From Camelus ferus (taxonomy: Eukaryota), in the NCBI RefSeq assembly GCF_009834535.1, contig NC_045696.1, positions 39,620,001 to 39,684,000 of the forward strand: 64,000 nt of DNA, written 5' to 3'. Under the pieces are notes generated by a model. The model had not been told where the DNA came from. It worked only from the letters and a program-made list of their open reading frames with translations, and did not search any database. Position 1 is the stretch's first letter, and each line of letters begins with the position of its first letter. Positions 39,567 to 51,876 of the stretch are shown here, in pieces. A program made the translations under genes and the position numbers.

Positions 39567-41901
39567 TAGTGGCCCAGTGATGTCAGGTCAGCTCCTTGGT
39601 GGCTCTGTCTTTCCCTCTTCAGTGCAAGATGACTCCAGCTGCCCTAACCCTATGTCATCACATGTCCACATCAAAGCAGATGGGAAGGGATGGATGAAAC
39701 GAAAGTGTTTTGCTCAAACCATTCTCTTGCTGGTGGTGACATCTTTTCCAGAGCATCAAACTTCCCTAATACCTAATTGCCCAGGGGCGGCATATCTGGC
39801 CACGTCTAAGCCAGCCATTGGCAGAGGAATGTATTCACCTCTATCAGGCTCGTGAAAGCAGAGCTCTGCCAGCAAGGCTCAAGGGGAAGTGGGTGTTGGA
39901 ATATGACCAGTGGGATCTGCCAGAGGTTGTTACACTGAAGACTGAGTGATGTATTTTAATATATATGAGGCTGCTAGAGGGAAAAATGGATGGCAGAAGG
40001 CATTCAGAAAAGAAGACAGCTCACAGATCATTTGAAATGAGCAATTCACGTTTACTTCCTCTATATTGATGGTGTTGATGAGTCACTTTGCGTAAGTTAG
40101 TAACTCATCCGGATTTGCCTGACTTGATGAGAAATGTTCCTTTCCCCTGGGGGGAAGTGTAAACTCTTATCATTACCATTTCAGCAGCTTTCCAGATTTT
40201 CCATTAACAGATTGAGGCACTCTCGAATGATTTTGTTTTCTGGGTGAGCAATTTGAGGCATGTGTGTTTCCCTACCTGTTTCCACGGTGGAGGAAGGAAG
40301 AACAGATATCTACTTCTCCAGACACAAAGTCTCCCTTAATCTGAAAACCAGACTAGTTTCTAAAATGCACAGCGTGAGAATCAGGAAGTTTTCGATTACA
40401 GGATACAGAAATATAAATGACACTTTAGGGGTTCACGATTCACTGCAGCTGTTTGTGCATGAAAGTTGTGTTCATTAAACATGGTGAAATTACACAGTCA
40501 CCCAAAGGACACTGGAAGTTATTGATTCACACCTTCAGGAAGCAGGGGGAGCCAGGAACCCAGGCCAGGGTGGGTGAAGCCAAGGAGAGAATGGATCACT
40601 CCTTCAGGTGATACTGGGGTACCTACTGGGGAGAGGGAGACAGTGAGTTACAGAGGCGTGTGGTTCAGATTGTGTATCTGTTCCATTACATGTTTCTCTG
40701 AGTCACAGGGGCTCTGTGAATTCTAGCCGCAGGTAAGACGTTATTGCCAAAAAGGAGTCTTAGGCACACCCCAAGAGAGTCTGCTCTTACAGATCTCACG
40801 TATAGTGTTAGGTATGATCTTCTGCAAAATGTGCGGGTCTTTGCAATATCCGTTGTCAAGAGGAAAAGGAAAATTTCAAGGACCAGGTTTTCTTTTAAAG
40901 GCATCAGTAAACTTTTCCTGTAGTGAATTGAAGGGTCTTCCCTCTTTTCACTGGCCCCTAACGAAGCTGTCAGAGAAGAAAATAGAAAGTGAAATTCTTA
41001 AAATGTGGTGACCGCTGAATTGTAAAGCATCTTTAGAACTGGAGTTCTCTTGAGTGAGGCAGTGGCCATCTGATTTCTTTCCATTTTTCCCAAGTCCTTG
41101 AACCTGCTAGAGGAGACTGGAGAGGCTGGGTGGAAGGAAGGACCCTCTCTCTGTAACGAGTCCCTGGGACTCCTGTAAAAGAGATCAGTGTGCACCCTGG
41201 ATTCCCACTTTTCTCTTGGCTGGAGGGCTTGGCAGGCGGTGTGAGAGGAGGTTCAGGACCTTGAGTCTGAGCAGGAACCAGGGATATGACAGACCGGTCG
41301 CTTCTCTTTGCATGATGCTCTTTTGGCCACACATGGTCTGGGGCTCGACGAGCAGCTGTGTTTCAGCCTGATACAGATGACACCGAGGGACACTCACTCT
41401 AGGGTTCAGCCTGTCAGTTCATTACTGAGCAGTGATGCTGGGACTGGCTGTGTCTGGGACTGTGCGGTGAGGTGAGGCTTGTGGGGCAGGTGTCCTCTGG
41501 GGCTCTAGGATGAGAACCCTGGGGACACGGTGGTGGCCTGTGTTCGTGGCCCTGCCCTGGCAAGTCAGGTGGTGTTGGAGTCAGGCAGCCCGGTGTCAGG
41601 CTAGGGACCCTGGTCCAGGATACTTGCTCAGCTGCCTGACAGGGGAGTGGCCTCTGGCCATCTTTCCTGGGAGAGTTTAGTCTAGTTGACGTAATGGTAG
41701 ATAATTCCTCCTTCACATCCACACAGGTTACCTCATGGGAACAGAGGGGTTATTTTGATCCTGTTCATTCCTAGCCACTCCCTCCCATTGCTTAGCCTCG
41801 CTTCCCTTTCTGGCAGGAAGTCGGAGACAGTGTCAGGAGAGTCACCTCTGATTTGCATTAAACTGACCCTGGGATTACGGAAGGAAAAGCTGAGCGAGCC
41901 G

Positions 41902-41903
<2 letters not shown>

Positions 41904-41947
<44 letters not shown>

Positions 41948-42035
41948 GTGTACCTGTGGTGTAGGTGTATGTGGTGTGTGTTGGGTGTGTGTGAGGTGTG
42001 TGTGTATGTGTGTGTGTGAATGTGGTGTGTGTTTG

Positions 42036-42068
<33 letters not shown>
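41904..42068. repeat. Compound (TG)n microsatellite
   Basis: Two pure TG tracts bracketing ~95 bp of degenerate TG/GGT repeat; source of the TH/CV-rich spurious ORFs. Confidence 0.95.
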
Positions 42069-42069
<1 letters not shown>

Positions 42070-43544
42070 ACTGTTCCTGCTGTGGAGCAGTCATGGGATT
42101 GGTTTGACCTTGAGAGGAGAGGGCTTTGACATTGACCAGCATCCCCACCTTCCCCATGCCACCTGGTTACAGAACACTCTGGACAGAGTAGCTTCCTGAA
42201 ATTGGGATTTATGTCAAACTTGTATATAAAAGCATCTAGAAATGTTACTTTCATTAGTCAGAGACAAACAGATTTTAAAAAGAAACATCTCTGGAACACA
42301 TTGTGTCATGTCCACATTGGAGGTTTTGGGGGGAATCCTCTAGGAGGGCCCCTTGGACAGTTGCCCCCACCCCCATCCCTGCCACCTGTGAAACTCTCCA
42401 TTTTCTTGTTTTTGTAACAAAACGGGCACTGATTATGCACAACGCTTTAATATTTGGGACTTAAGAGTCTCAAAACATGTAAAAAGCTGTTTTTAAAAGA
42501 TTTAAAGTGTAAAAACTTACCAAATCAAATTCTAAGTAAATTTACACACGTAGGAATGTGTATGTTGTTCCTTCATAACCTGACAGGGCCGGTGCCTGGC
42601 TCTTTTCAGTGGTGCCTGCGTTCCCGTGCTCTCCGTGTTTAGATATTCTACAGCACTTGTGCATTTTGCTACTCATTAGTTTCCTAAGACCCTTCAAATC
42701 TGGAGTTCATCAGGTCTGCTGATTTCATGGTTCTTAGCAAAACAGTTTGTTTTTCTCATACTTCCATGTCTTGAGGTCCCTGGGGGGACAGTCTCAGCAG
42801 CCTCCCCCTCTGTAGTTTTGTCCCCAGAGGAGGACACGATCTAGTTTGTCACTTCTCCGGGCCTGGCCAGGTGGCGGTGAAAGCTTGGAGTCGAATGGGC
42901 CAGGCCATGTTTGCTGATTTTGTCTGTGGACCTTGGCTGATTCCAGCTGGCGACAGGAAGTCCCACTTCATGTCCTACTTTAAAGCGCTTTGCCAGGAAC
43001 AGAGAGTGAACTTTTCATTTGTGTTGGTTAAGCTCCCAGAACCAGTATGTGTTTGGGGAATTGAAGGGAGTGTGGCAGGTACAAGGAAGCTGCCCTTTGC
43101 CCACTGGATTCCCAACAGTCTGTCTCCACGCTTACAAGATGCAGCAGTAACTCAGAGCTAGAATCTCAGGAGAACAGGTCACACTGATGAGAGATACAGA
43201 CCCACGGAACATCAAGCACACTTGTATCAATATTAACACACAGAACCCTATGTCGAGGGGCATTTTTGTAGTCCAAAGGTCTGGACTCAATCCTAGCTCT
43301 GCCTCTTTGAAGTATGTTTTCGAAATGTTACCCAACAGTTTTTTGAATTGCTTTCATTTATAAAATGGGGAATATCAGGTTTACTTACCTCCATGGGGTG
43401 GTTATGAGAATCAGATGAAGGAATGTGTATGAACTGATGAGTTAATGGTTGCTAATGATGATATACGTCCTATGGAATATTATTTCCTGAATCTTACATC
43501 TTTCTCATACATCCCGAGACCTGTAAGTCACAATTGGTTCTTTT

Positions 43545-43900
43545 TTTTCTTTATTTTTTGTTGAAGTGTAGTTGATTTACAATGTTAGTTTTAGGTGTAC
43601 AGTAAAGCAATTCAGTTATACATACATATATATTTTTTTCAGATTCTTTTCCATTATGTTATTACAAGAAATTGAATATAGTTCCCTGTGCTATAGTCGG
43701 TCCTTGTTTTATCTGTTTTATATATAGTAATGTATATCTATTAATCCCAAACTCCTAATTTATCCCTCTCGCCCACCTTTGGTAATCATAGTTTGTTTTC
43801 TATGTCCGTGACTTACTCTTTTTAACGGAGGTACTAGGGATTGAACCCAGGACCTCGTGCATGCTAGGCATGCACTCTCCCACTGAGCTATATCCACCCC
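43545..43900 (-). mobile_element. SINE head joined to an L1 3' end
   Basis: SINE head ~43900-43819, then L1 3' UTR ~43812-43545; outer direct repeats 43529-43544 / 43901-43916. Confidence 0.8.
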
Positions 43901-44029
43901 CACAGCTGGTTCTTTTACTATTTGTGCACCAAGTGAAATTTGGTATTGGGTTCCTGAAAGTATGAATGGGTTCTTGGACTCACCCAGTTTTGTAAAAGAT
44001 GGCTCAGTCTCTCACCTATTTGCCCACAG

Positions 44030-44125
44030 TGTGCCGTGTAAAAAGTGCGTGGTGGTTGGTAATGGAGGAGTTTTGAAGAATAAGACATTAGGAGAAAAAA
44101 TTGACTCCTATGATGTAATAATAAG
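44030..44125 (+). CDS. ST3GAL6: ST3GAL6 coding exon 5 (sialylmotif L, first part)
   Basis: cccacag| ... AG|gtaaat; 96 nt; (N)[31 protein letters not shown](R), the GT29 sialylmotif L. Confidence 0.97.
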
Positions 44126-44277
44126 GTAAATATATTTTCTGTTTGCTAAGCTGGAATTGTTTGAAAAGAATATGGCTTCCTACTTCAGTACAGCTGTGTT
44201 TTAAAAGGAAGAGGTGTTGCCTTACTACATGTGAGTACATCTCAAGGTACTCAAGCTGTTGCCTGGAGTAGGGTTCA

Positions 44278-45660
44278 GGTCATTCATTTAGCAAATATTT
44301 ATGAAGTCGCCTTGGTATTGCAGGTACAGTTCTAGCCGGGGGGGGGGGGGGATACAGCAGTGAATAAGGACAACATTCCTGTGCCCTGTGGGGCTTCATT
44401 CTAATGAGGGGAAAAAAGCGGTAGTTAAATAAGGGAATATAATCCCAGATGCCATACGAACAATTAAAACATGAAGGATAGAGAATGATCCAGTGGCTAC
44501 TTTAGAAAGGATGGCCATGCTGAGGAGGAGACAGCTGAGCTAGACCCGAGTGAGCACACAGTACAGCCATATGGAGGCCAGGGAAGAGCAGCTCAGGCAG
44601 GAGGATGTGCACTGCAGGTCCTCAGGAGGGTATGATCCTGGGTTTGAGAGCAGCAGTGAGGTAGGAGGGCAGCAGGCAGGGGGAGAGTGGTGTACTCAGA
44701 GCTGAAGACGTAGGGAAGGAGCGGGCTGTGCAGGACTTTGTAAACCAGAATTAGAGCTTGGATTTTAAGTATAACAGAAAACTTGAAGATTTTTCAGCAA
44801 GAGAGCATCTATCTGGTTATGTCTTTAACATATTCTGGCTGTGTCATGGACAGTGAAATATGAAGGACAAGGGTAGAAATGAAGAAGCCAGTTAGGTTGC
44901 TGCATTTGGGCCAGTGATGGTGGCTTGGCACAGGATTGTCATGGCAGAGGAGGTAAGTGGCTGGATGGAGGCATGTTTCAGAGGTGGAGTCACCAGGATT
45001 TGTTGATGTATTAGACGTGAGCAGAGATGGGAATAAAGGAATCAAGGATACCTCCTCCTAGGTTTTCTGCTTAAGACATTGACTGGGTCGTGGTACCATT
45101 CATTGAGTTGAGGAAGACGAGGGTAGGACAGGTTGAGAGGAGAATCAGGATTTCTGGATGAACATGCCAGGTTTGATATGCTTATTAGAGTTGCAGTGAA
45201 TAAGTCAAGTAGGCAGTTAGATAAACTGGTTAAAATCTTCACAGTGAACAGCTAATAGGTTGTATTTAAACCGTGAACTGGGTGAGCTTTCCCAGGGAGA
45301 GGCAGAGAAAAGGGCCCAGGACCGAGCTTGGGAGTACTCAAAACTTAGAAGGTTGAGCAAAGAAAAAAGAGTAAAAGAGTTGGAGGGGATTTACCAGTGA
45401 GGCAGGAAGAAAGACAGGAGAAGGTGATCACAAAAGACAAGACAGCACAACGTTTTAATTAAGACAGAGGGCGGTTTCAGCCATGACACATGCTGGCGAG
45501 AGAAGGGGTCATGCGAGGCAAGGACCGAGGGTTCACCTTTGCATTGGCAACCTGAAGCTCACTGAGACTCTTGACGAAAGAAGACCTGGAGGCACGATGT
45601 GGGGGAGCTCAACTGGAGTGGCTTGAGGAGAGCGTGACAGGTGGGAAAGTGGAGAAACCA
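44278..45660 (-). mobile_element. L2 LINE remnant (3' portion)
   Basis: cattcatttagcaaatatttat...gatacagcagtgaataagaca matches the reverse L2 3' end; ORF 45042..45242 has LSNCLLD, resembling L2 ORF2. Confidence 0.75.
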
Positions 45661-47030
45661 GATGGTAGCTGGAGATAACCATGGATGCAGGAGTATTTTG
45701 TTTTGTTTCCTTGTATACAGATGGAAGATTCTAGAGCATATTAGTAAACTGATGAAAATGGATGAAGAGTTTGATGTGGTACTGAGAGAGGCGGTGAGGG
45801 GAAGGGTCCAGAGCACAGGTGTGGTTGAAGCTCTGCAGTGGAAGGAGAACTGGGATTGTGGTTATAACTCCCAGGAGTCCCATAGACACAGTGGTGGGAA
45901 AATGAGGACATTTCTGTCTTCTCATTGAGAGGCTGAAGTAAGGTCATGATGCAGGGTGTTTGCATGCTGTGAATAGGCTTCTGAAGAGTGGGGAAGATTC
46001 CGGGGGCAGTGCAGGAGGATGCCCTGGCAGTACTTGGCGGTTTTGCTGGGTTACGAGCTACCGAGGGTTTCATTTTATTTTCTGTTGAATAAGGTTTCAC
46101 TTTATTACCCATTTTGAGGAAGCTGTGAAAATTTACCTGCAAGACAGTGTCGATGCACTCATTAATTTCTAATTGTCTGAAATCTGATCACCTAGGACCA
46201 CAGCAAGCCCTCATGGGAAAATGCCACAGGCATGACATTATGGAAGTCATTTCGAATGTTATTAAGACCGCCTTGTATTACATAGAGTTAGTGGCAGAGG
46301 GTTAAAAGAGTATCTCTTAGGGGGCACTGTTTTGGAAACAAAGCATTCCTTTCCATAGCGTGCCTTCCTAGTGTGTGCTTAAATAGGGTGTGTCTAACCC
46401 TGGCTTTCAGCATACACCACCTAACAGTGGATCCTTTGTGGTTCTTTGGTTTACTCAGCAGTTGTCATTCATTTGGTTGTGCTTGGGTATAAAATATAGC
46501 AATTTTATATTACTTTATTTCAGAGCACAACAATTTTGATGGGTCTTCAAATCACCTTAAATGTGACTCTTGCCTGTTGGTCACTTAGACACATCCACGA
46601 CGAGCTACATGCCCGTGTAAACTTGGGCAAGCAGCTTTACTCCCTGGACGAGGGAGGCCCTTATCTTCAAACCCAAGGGGTTTTCTCTCGATGTCCTCCA
46701 AGCTCTCTTTTAACTTTAGTATTCTGTGGCTTTATGTTCCCATTTGTTTGATTTAGACCTCAGTTTTTCTGGAGTTAAGACATTTATCAGTGGCCGCATA
46801 GTAAATTTTCAAACACAAATAAGTATGTCTGCCATTGATCAAGCAGCTGTTTCATGAAAGGGGGTTATTTCCTTGGCTGTTACGTGTGGAAGATTGATCG
46901 ATTGCCTTGTGGCTTTAGAGCATTGGATACACAGCTGACGATGTTTGTCCAACTCTGAAAGCTCTGAGAACTGTGATGGAAATGCCCGTACTGCACTGGG
47001 TCTACATATCTTGTGTTTTACTACCCACAG

Positions 47031-47217
47031 AATGAATAATGGTCCTGTTTTAGGACATGAAGAGGAAGTTGGGAGACGGACTACCTTCCGACTTTTTTAT
47101 CCAGAATCTGTTTTTTCAGATCCCAGTCACAATGATCCTAATACTACGGCGATTCTCACTGCTTTCAAGCCGCTTGATTTAAAGTGGCTGTGGGAACTGC
47201 TGACAGGTGGCACAATA
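47031..47217 (+). CDS. ST3GAL6: ST3GAL6 coding exon 6 (end of sialylmotif L)
   Basis: cccacag| ... ATA|gtaagt; 187 nt; (R)[62 protein letters not shown]. Also visible in ORF 46945..47235. Confidence 0.97.
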
Positions 47218-47320
47218 GTAAGTTGGCAAAATTGATCTGCCTTCCAGTTACCTTCAGGTTTTTTTTCCCCCATTAAAAGAAGACAACCCCAAGTTCTATT
47301 TTCTTTATTCTTTATTTCAG

Positions 47321-47458
47321 AACACTAATGGTTTTTGGAAGAAACCAGCCTTAAACCTGATCTATAAACCTTATCAAATCAGAGTATTAGATCCTTTCAT
47401 TATCAGAACAGCAGCTTATGAATGGCTTCATTTCCCGAAAGTGTTTCCCAAAGATCAG
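47321..47458 (+). CDS. ST3GAL6: ST3GAL6 coding exon 7
   Basis: ttatttcag| ... CAG|gtatgt; 138 nt; [46 protein letters not shown]. Confidence 0.96.
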
Positions 47459-50400
47459 GTATGTATTTTCCTTTGCAGTTTCAAACTAAAGATCTGGCTG
47501 GGGTGGTAGAGAGGGTCCCTGGGCTCTCAGACACTATGAGAACCACGACTCATGAGATGGCTTCTGAGGGCCATGTCCGAGTTAATGAAATTAGATTATC
47601 TGTGGATTTTATCTTTGTTTTTCACGTTGCAAGGAAAAGCACCTTGAGGGGGGTTTTCCTGCCTTTCCCGGGCCCTTCTGGGGTCTCCTCCTGCAGGTCC
47701 AAATGGCTCACCTCTCATGGCCGCCTCAGTGCTCTGTAGAGAGGAGAGTCTTGACTGGGCAGCTGATCGGCAGGCTGGGGGCAGAGAGGGAGGACCGGCT
47801 TCTTTAATCCTTAATTAAAAGCAGTCTCAATGACTCTGACCCTTGCAGCCCTGTTTGTCTACATTCCCTAGGAAAATAGACTCACACAGTTGCAGGCTAT
47901 GTTTTTTCATTTGACACTTGAGTAACTATGTAACATGATATCTAGGCTGCAGGGAAGTTTCTCCCCTTTTATAATCAGGGAGAATCTAAAGAAATAAACA
48001 CACTTTTTGTGTCTTTTATTTAGCATGATAAAAAATTCTAAAACATTATGTGCTTAAAATCAAATTAAAACATTAAAAAAAGGAAATCATCCTTTTCTCT
48101 CCCTCTACAACTCACACTATTTCCCAAGCCGTGTTCCCTTCTATATCCTTCTAGACTACTTTCTGCACACTCACAAACAGGTATTTTTGTTTGTTCAGTA
48201 TAATTGTGACTATACCATAATACTGTTCTGCTAGTTCCCCCCTCCATTTATTTAACGATTCCCCTATTTATGTTTATAGACCTCTCATCTGGTATCTGGC
48301 TATTTTCCTCTGTAACTAATGTAGAAATGCACATGCTTATAGGGATTTCCAGCACACTTCTGTGATTTCTGTGGGAAAGACGTCTGGAGGTGGAATTCCC
48401 AAATCAAAAAGCATAAATATTTCAAATTTAAACCCCATTTCTTAGCAACTCTGAAGGGAAAGGAGAGCTCCTCGGTCATTTTTTACTGAGGAGAAATGAC
48501 AGGTCTGTGATTTCTCAGCTCTCAGTGAAGTAAGATCAGATTTATTCCTTGCTTTTGTTTTAGGTAGTGTCTTTAACAACAAAGCACAGGAAGACCCTGA
48601 TCGTACTTGGAGGTGATGCTAGGACTAGTTGTAACTAGATGGAAGTTCTAGTAGGAGACGGTGTCTCAGAAGCCAAGTGAGAACACAGCTGTATTTCAGA
48701 GAGGTCAGGTATGTCAGATGCTGTCCTAGAAGCTTGGAGGTCATATTGACATGGACAAGGTTAAGAGCAAGAAAGCCTTCTTGAATTGGGTTAAAGAGAA
48801 CATGAGACATGAGCAAGTAGCAGTAAATCTTTAATGGAGTTTTGGTAGAAAAGGAAGCAGAGAAACGGTTGGAAGACATAGGCTCCAGGAAGGTTGTTTT
48901 TGGTTGTTTTTCTAAAGATATGTTTATGTGCTGAAGGGAATGATTCAATAAAGGGAAATGCTGATGAGGGGAGAAAGGGGATCACTGTAGAAGCAAAGTT
49001 GTTCAGAAAAGAGATGGACTCAAATAGAGTGCACTAGTGGAGAGGCTGGCCGTCGGTGGGACGGGGGCATCTCATCCTCATACAAGTGAGCACTGAAAAT
49101 ATGGGTAAAGATGAGGGTAGACGTGGAATTGGGAAGATGACGTAGCTCTTGTCTGATTGCTTCTGTTTTCCTAGAAAAATCAAGGTTAAACCATCAGTTT
49201 AAAGTAGGCGGACGGCTAGGGCTGTTGGATAGAATGGGAGGAAACTCATCTTGGAGAGTAGGAATGGAGGTTAACTAAGGGAGTGTAACTGGGTTGCTGG
49301 ACATCCTGAATGCCCACTGGAGGCTTTCGTCACAAATGTAACATGTGACCGGGCAAGTATGTTGTTTTCTCTTGCTAGTGCTTGGGTGTGGGTCTAACCA
49401 GCTGTAAGATTCTGTCAGGTGATAAGGCAGGTTCTGTGGCTGATGGGGACTGAAGGAAACTGCAGATCTACGTAAGGGAATGATTATGATGATGGATGAA
49501 GTACTCTAAGGTGTGAAGAAAGGAAGGAGAGGACTTGAACAGGGACGGGAGAGAGAAAACGTGATGGGGCCACTGAGGTTGCACGGCTCCTAGGGTTTGA
49601 ACCCAACCGTTAACTTCTTTTCTGGTGGGCGAAGGGTGTGGTGGAGTCACAGCATTGTGTGGGGTTGTAAAAAGCTTATGCCGAAGGCTGAGGCTTTCAA
49701 ACACGCCTGCTTCCTTCCTGGAGCTTACTTGATTTTGTGTTTCTTTGATTTTTTTTTTCCTCTTCCTCACAGTCATAATTAATCATATGTAATTTCCATT
49801 GGATCTGTAAGAAATATTTAATCCAAAGAAAATCTTGAATTTTTGTGTTAACACGTTTAAGATCTATTTTGGTTTGGCCTTTAAAAACTTGGAATGCTAA
49901 TACCCTTCTGTCAGACCTCTATTGTAGTATTTTTCAGGATATGTGTCCATGTGAAGGGCATGCCTGGTTTCTTCCTTTTTAGTTTTTTTTTTTATTTAAA
50001 AATCGAGATTGTGACTTTACTATGTATATACACCTGGAATCTTTATTTTCTAGTCAGATATGTAACATGACAATTTGTCATTGTAGTTGCTTGATTAAAG
50101 CAGTCCTTCCCTGGAGCTGATTATCAGCATTATAGACGAGAACTATTTTAAGGCTAATATACATGAAGCCTTTTACCTTGAGTCTATCCATTAGCGAATT
50201 ACATTGTCTTTACGCTTCATACGTGGATTCAGCATTCTCAGACTTTGCTTTTTCCACAAAGAGCCTTGACTCGGTATATTTTTTAAAACCAAGGCAGCAG
50301 CAGCCTGTTCTTTCAGCCTCACCGTATACCTTCATTCAATAGTTGTCTCCTCCGCTAACACTGCAGTTAAGTTTTACTTGAAAGACTTCCTAAGGTTTCA

Positions 50401-50571
50401 ACCCACAATTTTATATTCAGAGTTGGGGTTTAAGCCTTAGGGCATGATGTGGGTTTAAGTATTTCTGTTCTGATTTAATGTTCAGAAGTCCTTGTTTTTT
50501 GGGATGAGGGCACCCAAATATGCTTTGAAAACAAGTACCTTGTTTGAATTTAATTTTCATTTCCTCCCCAG

Positions 50572-50724
50572 AGACCCAAACACCCAACGACAGGCATTAT
50601 TGCCATCACGTTGGCATTTCACATATGTCATGAAGTTCACCTTGCTGGTTTCAAGTACAACTTTTCTGACCTCAACAGTCCTCTGCACTACTATGGGAAT
50701 GCCACCATGTCTTTGATGAATAAG
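50572..50724 (+). CDS. ST3GAL6: ST3GAL6 coding exon 8 (sialylmotif S and motif III)
   Basis: ctccccag| ... AAG|gtaata; 153 nt; [51 protein letters not shown]. Confidence 0.97.
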
Positions 50725-51679
50725 GTAATATATATACACTTTGGTATACTCTTTGGAGTTGGGAAACTTACATTCTCCTGCCTCACCGTGTCATTTTACT
50801 GAGGGAGCAGGTTGAGAGGTTGATGGCTTGGTAGGGGGTGTACAGAGCTATCAAGTGCTGAAATCTGGACTCAAGTCCAAAATTCTTTCTACTACAGCAG
50901 TAGCTCCCAGTCTGCTGGCCTCAGTTGCTTGGGAGAATCTCATCAAACCTGTACAGGGGCCGCGCTTTATCTTATATATGCTACCATATTTGCACTATTT
51001 GAATATATAGAAACCTGCTGTTTGAAGTAAGACATATTCACTTAAAATCATGTAGTTTTTCAGTTAAGTAAATGAGAAGGTCTATAACATTTTAACCCCA
51101 TCTTCATGGTCAGAAAAGTTGTGAACGTTTACACTATATCATTCTTCTCTTGAATAGGGATTAATGGTGGTAGAGTTGATCCGTAAGACTCATTTTAATT
51201 GACTAAATGGGAAGGGATTTCCTATTTATAACTGAGATTGGTGGCACATCACAAGCAACAGGATTAAAATGTCATCTGTACATTTTTAATATTGAACTAT
51301 GAACTATGAATGTACTTATGAAACAAAACCAGTCCCCTTAAATCATCATCTCCAAATACTATATAAGATGAATAAGTGGTATTAGGTTTAGAGCTTAACA
51401 CTGTCAATTCTGGTTTCTAGAGTTATACTATAAATCAGTAGACCAGAAGATATGTGAGGGAGCCTCTTAATGTTGTTTCAGTGGAAAGAGTGGGCTTTAG
51501 GGAAAAGCCCACTGGCACAAGAATGAGCAAGTTAAAAATCAGAAAGGCAACAGGAAGTTACAAGTCCATGCCACTTGAGTTCTTCATTCAGCTTTTTAGA
51601 GGCCGCATATTCCATTGCTACTGCTGTAGTACCCTGAGATGGGGCTGGATGGCGATTTGACTGTATTTTTCCCCTTTAG

Positions 51680-51766
51680 AATGCGTATCACAACCTGACT
51701 GCAGAGCAGCTCTTCTTGAAGGACATTACAGAAAAGAACTTTGTAATCAACCTGACTCAAGATTGA
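51680..51766 (+). CDS. ST3GAL6: ST3GAL6 last coding exon (sialylmotif VS, stop)
   Basis: cctttag|AATGCG...; NAYHNLTAEQLFLKDITEKNFVINLTQD then TGA. The nine exons sum to 996 nt = 331 aa + stop with no frameshift. Confidence 0.97.
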   Translation, partial: NAYHNLTAEQLFLKDITEKNFVINLTQD

Positions 51767-51870
51767 CCCTACAGACTCAGATGATGCTAACAGTATTAGT
51801 TTTATTTTTCTACTGCAATTTTTAGTTTATTTTTAAATATGTTGGATGTACTTGTCAAGAAATTATGTAT

Positions 51871-51876
51871 ATTAAA
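51871..51876 (+). terminator. Candidate proximal poly(A) signal (ATTAAA) for ST3GAL6
   Basis: ATTAAA ~105 nt after the stop, preceded by two TGTA motifs (51847, 51866). A canonical AATAAA also lies at 52475-52480. Confidence 0.5.

Noticed and set aside
41733..42254. 173-aa His/Thr-rich ORF and overlapping Cys/Val-rich ORF
   Set aside because: These are translations of the TG microsatellite.
44338..44351. G14 homopolymer as a functional G-quadruplex
   Set aside because: It looks like an expanded G run within an L2 remnant; slippage or an assembly artefact is more likely.
51764..51784. Stop-codon readthrough of ST3GAL6 (TGA-C, 5 extra codons to the next TGA)
   Set aside because: The context is TGA CCC, not the TGA CTAG readthrough motif; no other support.
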